This document shows, one piece after another, positions 39,818-55,535 of a DNA stretch of 64,000 bases. The notes under the pieces are model-generated. The model ran no database searches. It saw nothing but the letters and a program-made list of their open reading frames with translations, and was not told the DNA's origin. How positions within the stretch are numbered: position 1 is the stretch's first letter; every line of letters starts with the position of its first letter. This stretch comes from the human T2T-CHM13v2.0 reference genome, Homo sapiens. Position numbers and translations under genes: made by a program. Location: the NCBI RefSeq assembly GCF_009914755.1, contig NC_060929.1; one strand, given 5' to 3'.

Positions 39818-40850
39818 TCCCAGTTTTTTATGTTTTTATGGTAGCCTGGCAGATAATCTGTGTAACCCTGAGCAAAGGTAAGCATTATTTACTATTAATT
39901 TTTTGTTCAAACACATATTTTAAAATTTTCTCTATATCTATGTAAGGTAGAAATGGCAGTTTCTTAACCTTGTGTGCACACCTGAAAGTAGAAGATGAAA
40001 GAGTCACTGGATTCAGACAGAAGAACTGGGAGAGAGTGCTGCCTTCTCTATTGGCAGCCGTGTGGCCCAGTGCAGGTTACTTCCCCTACTGAGCCTTGAT
40101 GCCTCTCATAGTGTGGGGTCCCCTCAAAAGAGAGCCGGAGATAAGGACTTGGGTGCAAATAGTTTATTTGGAAGTGGGAATGAGAGAGTGGGGAGAATGA
40201 GACAGGAAAGGAGGATATATATATAAGGGTGTGTTAGTGAAGTCACTGCTGTAGGCAACCGGGTCTTCACTGGGGTCTTGATTCCATTGAGATCTCTCTG
40301 AAACCCACAGAATTCTTCTCACATTGCCCATGAAAAAGACAGGAGACATGGATCCACTGGCTTCTTCCTCCTCTGTCCTTTCAACATTGCTCCTGAGGGT
40401 ATAACTCCTCCACATTTTATGATGAAGGGGGGAGTCTGGAGAGGTGAGAAGTGACAGGAGCACAGCATGTGTCTGAGGTCACATGCTGGTTGCAAGAGGT
40501 GAGTGAGCCCTCCAAGAACTGTCCATGCCACAGCTGCTGCTGAAATCAGGGGACAAGGGGAGGTGAAATGGCCCCAGAGGCATCGGCTACAATCTCCTTG
40601 TCTGTAAAACGTGGGCGATGACTTCTTCCAGCCTTATAGTGTATGGTTAGGAGGATCAAGTGATATTCTTGAAAATATGGGAAAGAGAAGAGCTTTGAGT
40701 AAGAAAAAGCTGTGTTGATGTTAAAAACCTACAAAAGTATAAGGTATATGTGGGTATTATGTACAAGTACAATTCCAATTAAAATGCGTTTTAACATTTA
40801 GAGCTGTCTAATATCTAAGGGGCTCAAGGTCTCAAATTCATATGTATATA

Positions 40851-41135
<285 letters not shown>

Positions 41136-41930
41136 TTCTTATGTATATTTTAAAATTATATGCCATTCCAACCAACTGCTAATATATATTTATCTCTTTA
41201 CCTTGACAAAATACCTTCACAGTGTCTGGAAGGTTAGTTTCAAATTTAGAATTCTTATAGTCGTTGAATTCCAAATGGAACATGGGAATATGGGAAGGCC
41301 CAGTCACTTGTTACATCCCCTGTGCTAGGAATTCTGCCTCTATCTCTTCCAGAATATGTGACTTCAGTCAAGTTATCCTTTCTCAGAACCCCTATTTCCT
41401 CTTCTGTAATATCGAGCAAATGCAACCCTCATTGCAGAGCTCTTGCTCATACTCCTCATAAGGTATCTATACACGTAGACACTCAGCGTGTATCTGTTTC
41501 CATCCTACAGTACCACCATTTCCCTTTCACAAAAGTAGAAATTGAGACTCCATTGCATAAGTTACTTTGCCAAGATAAAATGACTGGTTGGGGACAGAAT
41601 AAAATTAGAACCGAATTCTCCTGACTTCCGGCCCGGTGCTCTTTTTATGAATCCCCATGTCCTTTCATGTTTGTGACCCACCTTCAGAGATGGAAGCTTA
41701 GACCCAGCCTGCCCAGAGCCCTGCTGGCTGAGGAAATGAGAAACCTCATCTTAGGCTGCTGTTTGATGTATTCCTGAAAGAAAGCCTCCACAGCTTGTTG
41801 CAACATTTAATGTTTGGCTGCAAAATCAATCCATTTGTAAACATCTCAGAGCCTATCCCATTATAGGTGAGTGAATGTATGTTCAGAGAGAGCTTTCCTG
41901 GGCTCTAATGCTGAAACTGCAGTTTGTGTG

Positions 41931-42524
41931 TGCTACGTATGGTCTCAATGTTTATGTCCTCCACAAAACTCATACGTTAAATTCGAACACCCAAGGCAAT
42001 GGTATTAGGATGAGGTCTTTGGAACGTGGTTAGGTCATGAGGGCAGAGCCCTCAGGAATAAGATTAGTGCCATTATAAAAAAAGCCCAGGAGGTCTCTCA
42101 CCCCTTTCACCATGTAAGAACACAGTGATAAGATGCCATCTATGAACCAGAAAGGAGACCCTCAGCCTGGGCAACATAAAAAAATTAGCTAGGTGTGATA
42201 TTGCACACTGTAGTTCCAGCTGCTCAGGTAGCTGAGGCAGGAGGATCACTTGAGCTTGGGAGATCAAGGCTGCAGTGAGCCATGATCATGTCACTACACT
42301 CTAGCCTGGGCATCACAGTGAGACCCTGTCTCATAAAGAAAAGAAGGCAGACCCTCACCAGGCAATGGACCCTCACCAGGCAATGGACCCTCACCACACA
42401 CTGAATCTGCTGGCACTTTGATCTTGGACTTCCTGGCCTCCAGAACTGTGAGCAATCAATTTTTGTTGTTTATAAGTTACCTAGTTTATGGTATTCATTA
42501 TAACAGCCCAAAGAGACTAAGACA
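41931..42524 (+). mobile_element. MLT1A-like LTR interrupted by a 5'-truncated AluJ (about 42163-42345), with an internal 18-bp tandem repeat
   Basis: tgct...atggtctcaatgtttatgtcc ... gactaagaca. The Alu is flanked by agaccctca. gaccctcaccaggcaatg occurs 2.5 times. Confidence 0.82.
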
Positions 42525-42941
42525 GTAAGAAAGGATGAAAGGCTTTGGGTGGGGGAGGGGGTTGTCTGCAGTTATTTTATTTTCCCCAGAGAGGTCCATT
42601 TAATGTTTAATAGTGAATTCCTTTTTCTACTTCCTGTGTACAGAAGCACACGTGACAGGTTTCTGTGTGAGCCAAAAGGTCCTTATTATTATACATCTAA
42701 GGGGCAGGACTCTGGCAGGCCAAGGCTAGGAAATTGTAGAAATTGGTTTATCCCCAGAAGTGATCCTCAGATTCAGATATCTTAATGTGAAGTTCTTGTC
42801 TACATTCTGTCACTGGAAGGTAAGGTTCCAGTTCTCTCTCTGTCCTCATGGGCACTTCTGCATCATTTACTCTTCTTATTTGCTATTCAATGGAGATAAA
42901 GATTTCAAAGGCATTGTTAGGAGATAGTCTAACAAATTTTC

Positions 42942-43582
<641 letters not shown>

Positions 43583-44472
43583 CTACTTATTTGCTAGTTT
43601 TGATGATATTTCAAGTAGACGTTATGCATAATATGATGATGTCTTGAGTCAGGGGCTTAGGACCAAGCAAATTTTTGTTCTTCATCCAACTTCTATTACC
43701 CCCAAAATAGAGGACACCTCTAGTGTGAGCACTCTGAAGGCGCTCTCAGTAACTGCATCAGAGAAGAGCTTGGTCTCAGGACCAGGCAGAATAAAAGCTT
43801 TTAGGTGGCAGGAATCTTCATGATCCCCCCCAAAGTTGGTCTGGAGGCTATTTGTTAGCTTTCTTTATAGCCATAGATTTTTATTTTTTAAGCAGTGTAG
43901 AAAAGATCTGAAGAGGCAAGTTCTGAGTAAGCCTTCAGGCTGTAACATATTTTGCAGTGTTTTAAACACTTTTACTTGCTTTTTTAAAACACAAAAGCCA
44001 TGTGTTTGAGGTGAGGGAGAATATTTCTTTTCTAAAGTGACACTAAAAATTTCTTTGGGGGCAGCAATTCTTAGTGTTTATTAAAATAAGAACCAAGCAT
44101 AAATATAGCTACCTATGTTTTGAAATATCTTGGCTATAAATATCTGAGAAACCTTCCCCCTTCTGCCTAAGAATTTCCCCAGGGTAAGTGCCTTTCTCAT
44201 AAGCAAATAATATATAGTATGGTGGCAATGAAAACCAAAAGCCTGGAAAAACGTTCCTCATCACTGAAGTTCCAATCGGGGTGCCATGCCTGTCGTATGC
44301 TGTCTATCGAGTTGGATAAACATGAAAAATAGTTTTCATTTAACTTACCTAGAGTTTTTCTAAAGGTGTCACCTTATTGGCTAAAACTGCTTCAGAGCTT
44401 TGCATTGTCACCTTCTGGAAGGGGCAGGCTAAAGCTCAGCAATGGCTGTTTTTAGTTAAAAGTCCACCATTG

Positions 44473-44764
44473 GCCGCGCGCAGTGGCTCACGCCTGTAAT
44501 CCTAGTAATCCCAGTCCCAAAGAGGCAGATAACTTGAGGCCAGGAGTTTGAGACCAGCCTTGCCAACATGGTGAAACCCTATCTCTGCTAAAAATACAAA
44601 AATTAGCCGGGTGTGGTGGCACACACCTGTAATCCCAGCTACTTGGGAGGTTGAGGCACAAGAATTACTTGAACCCAGGAGGTGGAGTTTGCAGTGAACC
44701 TAGATCATGCCACTGCGCTCCAGTCTGGGCGACAGAGTGAGACTCTCTCAAACACACACACACA
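44473..44764 (+). mobile_element. AluS with rearranged left arm and (CA)n tail
   Basis: TSD aaagtc[c/t]ac[c/t]att. Confidence 0.88.
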
Positions 44765-45893
44765 AAGTCTACTATTGGCTTATTTTGGGTACATGTGAAA
44801 GTTCAGAATATGTCTGTGTATGTTTTAGGGACTCGGGTCAAGAAACGTTCTCTAAATCTCAACGTAAGATATTTATATTAATAAGTGAGAAGGAGCAAAG
44901 CTTCCCATCTTCTTCCTTTCTGACTTTTCTGCCTAAATATTCCTCTAGTCCCTGGCAGATGCCTTCCATAATAAGACTTGAAGAATTCATCTTCACACGG
45001 GGCTGCTTCTAGGTGGACTGCAGTACCTACATATTGGTTTCATTTGAGACTTTCAAGGTCATGCAACCTGGGTGGGTTTTTTAAAGTATTACTCGCAAAT
45101 TGATATTTTTGTCAAAAGTCATCTCTCCTTCCATCTCATCATAGACTTCCATATTCTGTAAGTAACAAAGGAACTTAATTAGTTTCCTCACAGGAAGTGA
45201 CCCTGCAAAGGCTGTTACTGAAATGAAGATCAAGTCTGGGATTCAGAATGGAAGCTGAACAGAGGATGGATTTTCTTTGAACTGTTCTAAGAGATGATGT
45301 GATTTGACTCATGGTCAAGGTCAAAAGCTGTGAAGGTTAAAGGCATTTCTCATTCAGAATTGAGGCTTATACCCTGATTCATAGTATCATCTCTTGAGGT
45401 TTAAGTGTGTCCAAATGTGGAATCAGGAGAGATGGTTCTGAACCAGCCTCTAAGCCTGGTGAAGTTGCTTGATTCCAGTCCTCAGTTTCTTTCTCTGCAA
45501 ATTAAGGCATGCTGGATACGTGACATCTAAAATCCTGTGACTCTGCTCGTCTAGTATCAAGACGTAGGGGAGGCAGTATCGATGGATTGCGTAACACACA
45601 GGCTCTGGGCTGGACTCCCTAGTGCAAACCTTGTCTCTACCACTTCTAAGCTGTGTGATCTTTGGTGGGTTATTTAACTTCTCTGGCCTCAGACAACAGA
45701 ATGGGGATAATAATTTACTTGCTTCATGGGGTTATTATGAAATTACATGAGTTGACACACATAAAATGCCTAGAACAGCGCCTAGCCCTTAGTAAGTGCT
45801 CAATCAATGCAAACTATTCCTACATGGCTTACTCGATGGGTCTTTTCTGCTTTCCTACATAGCCTGCTTCTTCCTGGCTACAAGTGTGTTTTG

Positions 45894-46437
<544 letters not shown>

Positions 46438-46596
46438 TAATTACTTCTTCAAGGTCTGTCTTCCTCTTGGAACATGAATGCAACGTCTACCTTGCTCCTT
46501 TGTGTGGAATATAGGACATAGCACTGTGAACACACCACATGTCAAATAGGTGCTGGTAAGCATTTGGACACAGGCAGTCATGGGATTGATCTAGAG

Positions 46597-46809
46597 CAGG
46601 GGTGTCCAATTTTTTGGCTTCCCTGGGCCACATTGGAAGAGGAAGAATTGTCTTGGGCCACACGTAAAACACACTAACGATAGCTGATGAACTTAAAAAA
46701 AAAAAATCACCTCATAGTGTGTGAAGAAAGTTTACAAATTTATTTTGGGCCACATTCAAAGCTGTCCTAGGCCGCATGTGGCCCTCAAACAGTGAGTTGG
46801 ACAAGCTTG
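46597..46809. mobile_element. MER30 (hAT-Charlie)
   Basis: caggggtgtccaat...ttggacaagcttg. Perfect 8-bp TSD atctagag. Confidence 0.92.
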
Positions 46810-48891
46810 ATCTAGAGGATGCCAGCAACTAGCTGGATCCCTGAGCAAGCTGCTTAGTCCTGCTAAGCCTTACTTTCCTCTGCTGTAAAATACGGATGGT
46901 AATAGTGGCTACCTCAGAAGAGTTGCAGAGATGAACAGGTCTGTACAGCACTTAGAAGAATGGCTCATGGAGGATTTTTGATTTTTTTTTTTTTAACTTG
47001 AGCCACATGCAAACATATTTTCACACTAGCGGTTACTTATTTTTGAGTAAATAATGTAAAAAGCATTACCCACAAGTAATTCAATGAATCCTTTACCACC
47101 AATATCAGAGGCCACAACAGTAACCAACATCTGACCTCACCCACTACAGAAATAAAAACCATACAAAAGCCAACGAGGATCTGCACATATGCATCCCCCG
47201 ACCCCCGCAATGCCCCACTTCAATCCCAACTGAAAGTTTATTTATTGCTATCGTTTTCTCATCATAAAAGTAATCTCAAGATGTGGTAAAGCTTCAAATA
47301 ATACCTAAATGGATATGACTAACTTGAAAGTTCCTACTGTGATTTTATTTCATGTGGAATGCAAATTCATGTCTTAGAGCTCGTCATCGTAACTAAGTGA
47401 ACTGCCACCGTTCTTCAGAGCATTTTACTGGAATATATAGCAAAACTTGGACATATGACTGCAATATTTAAGAGTGATGTAGTCTGGTGTTGGCTTGCTA
47501 GCCCCCAAAAGTTAGAATTGAAAATATTTAAAGAATTATTCTTAAACAGTTAATTTTGGGAGGAAATGGGAAAAAACAACCCTCCCTAATCTCCCTTTCT
47601 TTTCAAAAAAAAGTGTTAGAAGTTTTGCTATTTAAGTATGAGCTTTCATTACCATCAGCAATAGAATTAGATATAAGCAAGAATGAGCTTGCTTGGATGT
47701 CAGCTGGGATTTCATATGACAGGCGACAAGTGCTGCTTCACAAAGAATTCTTTTCCTTACCTTTAGTTTTGAAACTGAAAATCTCAGAGCCACCTACTAG
47801 ACTAGCACCTGGTCCTAGAAATTCCAGAAGCTGTCAAGTCCCTTTGCTCAGGCCCTAATGGAAGGGCTACTCTAAAGGATTTAAAGAAGTCCGACCTGTA
47901 GTTCGGCAAATTGATCCCGTAAAGCTTCAATTCCTCCTACCCTAAACATTCCTGATATAATTCCTGCTTAGACTGATGGCAATTGACATACATTGAATTA
48001 TGAAACAGCTTTGGGAGCCATTTGTAAACTGTAAATGAAGTGTGCTCTCCTATTGCCCCACCTGGGACAAATTGCCAGGTGAGTTTATCATAACACCATT
48101 GTATCCATGTGTTTGTCATTTGGTTAGGTTAAACCAATTTGTAAATAAAGAAAGAAGGCTGAAAGCTGAAGGTCAAATACTACATCTTTTTTTTTTCCAT
48201 CTTTGACTACTGAGTGGTTTTGGACCTTTCTCTGCAATTCATTTAGTGTAGAGCAAATCCTGCATAAAACCAGTATGTAAAATTGACTGATTCGGAGGCT
48301 CTTCTGAGCATGAGGTTTCCTCTCACCCCTGTTGTGTTTGCCCTGGGTAATGTATGGGATCACATCTCTTCTCTTAGAGCAGGGTGTTTAACTGGCAGTC
48401 CATAGATCCCCAAGGGTTTCCTGGATAGAATTCAGGAAATATAATTCAAGGGGTCCCTGGACTTGGATTGGAAAAAAAATTATATCCCTAGTTTTACCAA
48501 TGGAAATTTAGCATTTTCTTCAAAAATGAATGTAGACAACAAATCACAATGGTATTAACAATTCTTGTGACCCTGTCAACATTAGAATCACAAGTATTTT
48601 CTTATCTGGTTACAATGGTTGCACATATCTCAAAATACCAGTTATGTTTATCACTACTTTGAAATTAGCATAGTTACTGAATCCATTGCTAGGTTTTTTA
48701 TTTAATGTATTAATAAAGTATATTATTTCATGATTTTTATTATTTTGATGATCCTTTTCAATATAATTGATTTCCTTTGTGAACCTATATATTTGATGCC
48801 TTTAAAAACATCATTCCGAGAAGGCGTTCATAGGCTTCATTGGACTGTCAAAGTGGCACAAGCCAAGTTAAACCATGCTGTTGTCTTAGAT

Positions 48892-49116
48892 CAGGGGTTG
48901 CTAAACTTTTTCTCACAGGATCAGATAGTAAATATTCTGTGCTTTGCCAGCTGTATGAACTCTGTCTCAACTGCTCAACTCTGCCACTGTGGTAGGAAAG
49001 CAGCCATAAACAGTACCTAAATGGGTGAGGTTAAACAGTACCTAAATGGGTGTCGTTGTGTTCCAGTAAAACTTTATTTACTAAGACTGGCAGCTGGCTG
49101 AAATTTGCCAACCCTG
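48892..49116. mobile_element. MER58A-like MITE with an internal duplication of about 25 bp
   Basis: caggggttgctaaactttt...caactctgccactgt...ttgccaaccctg. Confidence 0.82.
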
Positions 49117-52100
49117 ATTTAAGGCATCATGCTATTTCTAAGTTGAATTCTGAAGATATTTTAATTCAGCTCAATCACCCTTTATTGGATACCTCCTATG
49201 AGCATATGTTCATACAAACATGTATGTATGGAGTATCTCATGTGAAAAACATGCAAGAGATTTAGGGATGAATAAATAAGCTGTAGACTCCACCCTTGGA
49301 CAGTCTACTGGGGAATGCAGATGGACAGAGTTCAGAGGAGTAGTGAGTGTTGTAGGCAGGCATGGCGATCAGGAACCTGGAGAAACATAAGCTTGATCTG
49401 ACCTAGTTTTGAAGGAAAGAAGGCTTCTTATGGGAGCAAAGAAGGACACATCAGAGATTACCAGGCAAAAGGGGAGGGAGGAAGCAACATGAAAAGCTTA
49501 GACTGAGGAAGCCACTTAAGCAGTGGCTTGGAGGCAAGAAGAAAATGTTCCTGGAATTGCTTAGAAAGCCTGGAGCTCTGTGGGGTGAGAGATGGGTCGG
49601 TGAGGGTCACACCAAAAAAAGGCCTTATAAAGGTGCCCATCTATATCCTGAAGGGAATAGGGAGCTATGGAAAGTTGTAAGCAGGAAAGAGACTGGTAGC
49701 ATTCCCGTCTTTGAAAGATCGTGCAGACATCTCAAGGAACACGTAGATGAAGAAGACAAAGTCACCATGCTTAATGAGCTCCCAGCCCAGGAGGAAAGAC
49801 AGAAGTCTAAAATTATACTGGAAGGTGATCTAATCAGTGTGATAGTAGAATCAGATTCAAGGCATGGGATTGTCTGGAGGAAAGTATTTTTAATTCTGTT
49901 TATGAGATGATGTTTAGAAGGAATAATGTGAGAGAAAATACTTAGGGAGGGAGCCATCAAGTAACCCAGCGTCCTCCAGAAAGCATCCCATTGTGGGTTG
50001 GTAGGTTTGATGTGGAAAGAAGGAGGCCACAGGTGTCTGTCTGTGCTGTAATTAGGCTTCTGGTCCCCTCCCTCTAAGGCCAGTAGAGTGGCCTCTATGG
50101 TCAAGGCTATTCTGGATGTTCTGTTGTATCCCCTAGAGGACAGTTGGCTGCTCCAACAAATTCCACTCTCAAAAGTATTTTCCTAGCAGGATTTAACCAG
50201 TTTTAGCCATTTCCTAGTTAACGTCCATGACATGCTTTAGCTTCACTCTTCATCTCAGCTCTGTCTTTCTGGAACAGGAGTTCTCAAACTGAGAGGTGAA
50301 ATAGAATAGAAAAGAGAATACCACAGGCTCTCACGCATAGTAAAAATGAGAATCGGTTTGTGAAACTTGTTTCAGGTGTATGTATGTGTGTGTGGTGTTT
50401 ACTGGGTCACAATGTCCAGTGTATATCTTACCGTGGATCATTCAAAAACACAGCTCTGATATGTGATGAATCCAGAGCATATTTGAGGTTGAACAGGCTT
50501 CATTTGCCACGTGTTGGTGTTGAATTCAAGTTCAAGAAACAGATTCCTCTCAGGGGCTAATGACACCTGCTTTATTTTTGAAATTGTAGAATTGGAAATG
50601 CCATCTAAGGTATTCTAGGGGGAAAAGTTCAGTGCAGTGTGTTTCAAATTATGGGCCACAGCACTTCAGTGAGTGGCAAGATCAATTTAATGGTCTTTTA
50701 CCAGCATTTTGTTTTTTAAAAGGAGAAGTAGAAAAGAAAGGAAAAGGAGAGAAAGAAAGGAGAAACATGAATAAGGTAGTAAAGCTAAGTATTTTTTCTT
50801 GAAACTTTTTTCAGCTTTGTATTCATATATAATATACATATTTATGTGCATAGGTATATTTACTATGGAAAAATGTTTACTTACTGTGAGTCAAGGTCAG
50901 AGATACTGAATTAAGTAGCTCCCACCCTGATCAGGAAGTCACTTGTTACATTATGGTCCCTGATTGAGGACCACCCAGTTTTGCTTTAATATAGTCAGCG
51001 AGGCCCAGTTCATCCCTTCCAAGGCAGTCAGCTTCATTGTCTGTCATTCCTAATTGACATCAAAAGGTTTTCCTGCCATTGGCTTCTCTGTAAGAAACCA
51101 CTGGGCCTCTTAGTCCAACATGGAAAACACAGAAGCTTTCCACACCATCTTTATTTGTCTGTCTCTTATGTAAAGACACCACCCTATCCTCACTAAGTTT
51201 CCTCCACCTAAGCCAGCAGTACCCACTCTTTGGATCCTGCATCAAGCGGAGATGGGTCTAGAGCAACTTCTGCCCAGTGATCAACATAGAGAACCATGTC
51301 TTCCTAGGATATGGATTCTGGGACTTAGACTTTCCTCAGGATTCTAGTTCACAGTGACCTATTCAAATACAGTTCTTGAAATGTGCTATTTTGCGCTGGC
51401 TTCCTACTGGTCCTTAGAGGTGCTGTTTCTGCACTGATGCTCAGATGTATTTTATCCCCAGCTTATTAGGTTATAAACTCCCTGAAAATGGAACTGTGCT
51501 TACACTTCCGTGGAGCCTCCTGGAATATAACTTTTGTGATGGATGCCTGGTTGATAATCATTCATCATTTGCCAATGGACTAGCCCATGGCAGCCACCTA
51601 TGGGGTTTGATAGTATCAAGAAAAGTGATTGTTCACTAAGATTGAGATTGGCAATGGGCAAGGTAGTCAAAACACCACAAGAAAGAATTAAAACAGAAAG
51701 GTATACCACCCAGTGGTTCTGTGACTTTGGGTAAATTATTTTCCTTCAGTGACCATGTAGGTAGAATGAGAGACTGGATCAGATCAGTGACTCTCAAAGC
51801 TTTTGGGATCATTATTTTATCTTTGAGAATCTAATAAAAGTGAAGAACCCTTTACTTAGAAAAATGAAATGTGTTCATGTATAAAATCCTGCATACAATT
51901 TCTGAGAGTCCTCAGACACTTGGACCAAATGATCTCTAAGATTTCACCCAGCCCTGATAGCCAGGCTGGATTCTAACAATGCCAATGGTAAGTGGCAAAA
52001 TGAACCAGTTAGTGAGCCCTGATTAAGTGAATTGATGAATTGGGTTTTGATTACCCACTGCTGGCCGCATTCTCTATTCCCCACCTGAATTCACCTGCCC

Positions 52101-52215
52101 AGCAACCTTCCAAAGCTGAGCCACTGATCTCCTGAGGTATAGGGTGCCTGGCCCAACCCTATCTCACTACTTGGCAAAATGCTTGCAGTGTATGCCCTGC
52201 TGGTGGCTGCCCATG

Positions 52216-52729
<514 letters not shown>

Positions 52730-54197
52730 TGATCTGACCAACAACTTTGTAGTTAGGATAAAGTGATTTTCTTCAGTCAAAAAAAAGATACAGGTGTTTT
52801 GGAGGATGATTTAAGACAATACTTTTGCCTGGTCATCTCTTTCTCAGCCTCACCTTTGTACTTTTGTACCTGAAGAGACTCTAAAAACACTCAAATAAAA
52901 AACTCATGACAAAATCAGAGGCAAAATGTTAAAGGTTTTGAACAGGCATTCAATCTGCATGAGCTTGTCTCTCTCACTCTATAGAATAAAAATAAATGCT
53001 AATGATTTAATCTCTTGTTTGCTGGAAATAAGAGTTTTTCTTTTCTGCATTAAATGGACAACATGTACAAAATCATCTTTTTGTTTTGCTGTAGTTTTTA
53101 CATAAAGATTGTTGCAGGTCTTTGCAGGTAGTCCTCGGTAAATAACAGCAGACTGTGAGAATAGATATGGGTTATTTCCTCTATAAATATCACAAGGGAA
53201 GCTTAGCAAACGATAGCAGAGAGTTTTATCTAAAGATCACATCTTTTCTGACTTTACTTTTAGGTATCCCCTGTGGTTTTCCTCTGCGAAGTGATTTTGT
53301 TCTAATTTGAGTTTGTAAATGTGTTTCCTTCCACTCACCGAGGTTTTCTCTTCGATGATAAAGTTAGTTTACATGAGAATTCCATCTTTGGGAAAAGAAT
53401 ATCAGGAAAGAGAAACCAGCCCTGCTTCCTCCATGGGCATACCCTGTGAACTGTGCTTTTCCAAACACGTTAACACACTACCCCCAGCTTGGTGAGCTTG
53501 AGGAAGCATCATTTATTGGGCATAAGGACTCCATCTGGCTTTCAATCATTCCTGCTAATGAAAAACTGGGCGAGCTCACATTAAGGAAATCCGCTGTTCA
53601 CCCCGGCATCTTCTTTTAGCAAAATGAGTCTCTATTTCCTTGCCTGGTAAGTTGCTCCTCAAAGACAAACAGAACTTTTTTGTTTCCTGTCTTCCTCTAA
53701 ATATCTGTGAGCAGAGGTGTTTAACAACAGAACACCTGAGAGGTGGCCAGGGAGCAAGCAAAGGGATGGGGAATCGTCTGCCGCCCACCGTCACTCCAGC
53801 TTTTCATCCAGTATTAAGGGTCTTGTAAATCTAACCTCATCCTACCAATCCAAGTGGGCCTCACCATTTATCAGCTATGTGACCTTGGGCAAGTTACTTA
53901 CCTGTTCAGTGCCTTAGTTCCCTTCTCTGTCAAAGAAAAAAAAAAGGTGGAGTGTTTAATATTAGTACCTACTGCATAGGGCATTTTTGAGAAGTAAATG
54001 AGTTAAGGTATTAGAATGGTGCTTGGTAGATGGAAAGCCCTTGACGTTATTAGCCATTAACACAAAGCCTCTCCTCCCCTTAGGCCATTCACACTGTCTG
54101 CAGGCCATGCACAATTATTTCCAACTTTTATCTTGTAGTTCTTATTACCTGGAATGTTCTTTTTTTCTCCCCTCCAGCTAGGATGTCCACATAGAGC

Positions 54198-54502
54198 AGT
54201 GCTATCCAGTAGAAATACAACGCCAGCCTATTTGAAAGTTTACGTTTTCTAAGAGTGGCATTTAAAGGGCAAGAAGAAAGAAATGAAATTAATTTCAATA
54301 ATATATTTTAACCCACTGTATCCAAAATATACTCGTTTGAACATATAACCCATATAAAAACTATTGAGATATTTCACATTCTTTTTTATTTTTCTTTAAA
54401 ATCCAGTGTACATTTTACACAATAGCACATCTCAATTCAGACACATTTGAAGTGATGACTGACTACCACATAGGGTAGTGGTACCATATTGGATCATGCA
54501 GG
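54198..54502. mobile_element. MER33-like hAT MITE
   Basis: cagtgctatccagtagaaata...tgaaattaattt...tagcacatctcaattcagac...catattgga. Confidence 0.72.
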
Positions 54503-55368
54503 TATAGAGTAAGCAGGCAGCTATAAGTTACTAGTTCTGTGAAGAAGTCCCTTGAATAATGTCTGGTACCTGCTGAGTGTTTACAATTTGATGCCAGGTA
54601 CTAGGCTGGAGATATATATCTTATTTAATCTTTATGGCAGTCCTCTTAGGTAGATCCTTTTATTATTCTCATTTTACAGATGGGAAAACTGAGTCTTAAA
54701 GGAATTAAGTAGCAGCTAGTAAGTAGGAGAGTCAGGATTTGAACTCCAGAGCTCATCCTCCCGCCTTCTGTGTATTACCTCCCAGATGGGAGCTCTAAGC
54801 AAAGGTCTGCCTTCTCTGAAGGGCCCTCCAAAGGACATGTAAAAATTCAGCACATTGGCGTAGCTGTATAATTAAGACTAAGAATGTCCGTGAACAGATT
54901 CTTCTTGGGTTTTCCCATGACAATTCATGCAATTAGTCACCCTATAAAACTTATATTTATTTTGTGAACAGATTGTGAATAGACGGAATCTGTGTTCTTC
55001 TGACCTCTGGGGATGGGGACTGCCAAAGGGAGGATTGTTTGTGAACATCTGGAAGGCAGAGTCCTTGAAAGTGAATTCCTATGTGAAGATCTTTTCATCA
55101 TAGTGAGGGCCTTGCAAGGAAAAACGGATTGTCTTTAAGTAGTGTTTACAACTGACCCTAAAAATAATCTACTTGTTTTTATCGGCAGGGACTTGCAAAT
55201 GATGACTTGTGATTTCAAATCAGGATTACTTTCAGATAGGAAATGTTAACTTACTTTTACAAGTATTGCTTCCAGAGTTCAAATGCTATTAGTTTACATA
55301 GCCAGCTAGCTTCCCTTCCCTCTGGTATTTCTGAACTACTGCTTCTTCTGTTTTTCTAATCAATAAAG

Positions 55369-55535
55369 GCCAGATTTCGACAAGAAGTGGACCTCAATCC
55401 ATGAGCGGATCCAGATGGACTCCATGGTTATCAAGGGCCTCGATCCAGATACCAACTACCAGTTTGCCGTGAGGGCAATGAATTCCCATGGCCCCAGCCC
55501 CCGCAGCCGGCCCAGTGACATCATCCGGACCCTCT
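55369..55535 (+). CDS. EGFLAM: EGFLAM coding exon 6, end of FN3 domain 2 ([55 protein letters not shown])
   Basis: ttctaatcaataaag|G CCA GAT ... CTC T|gtgagt. 167 nt, phase 2 to 1. Contains the FN3 GL.PDTNYQF.VRA.N motif. Confidence 0.97.
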
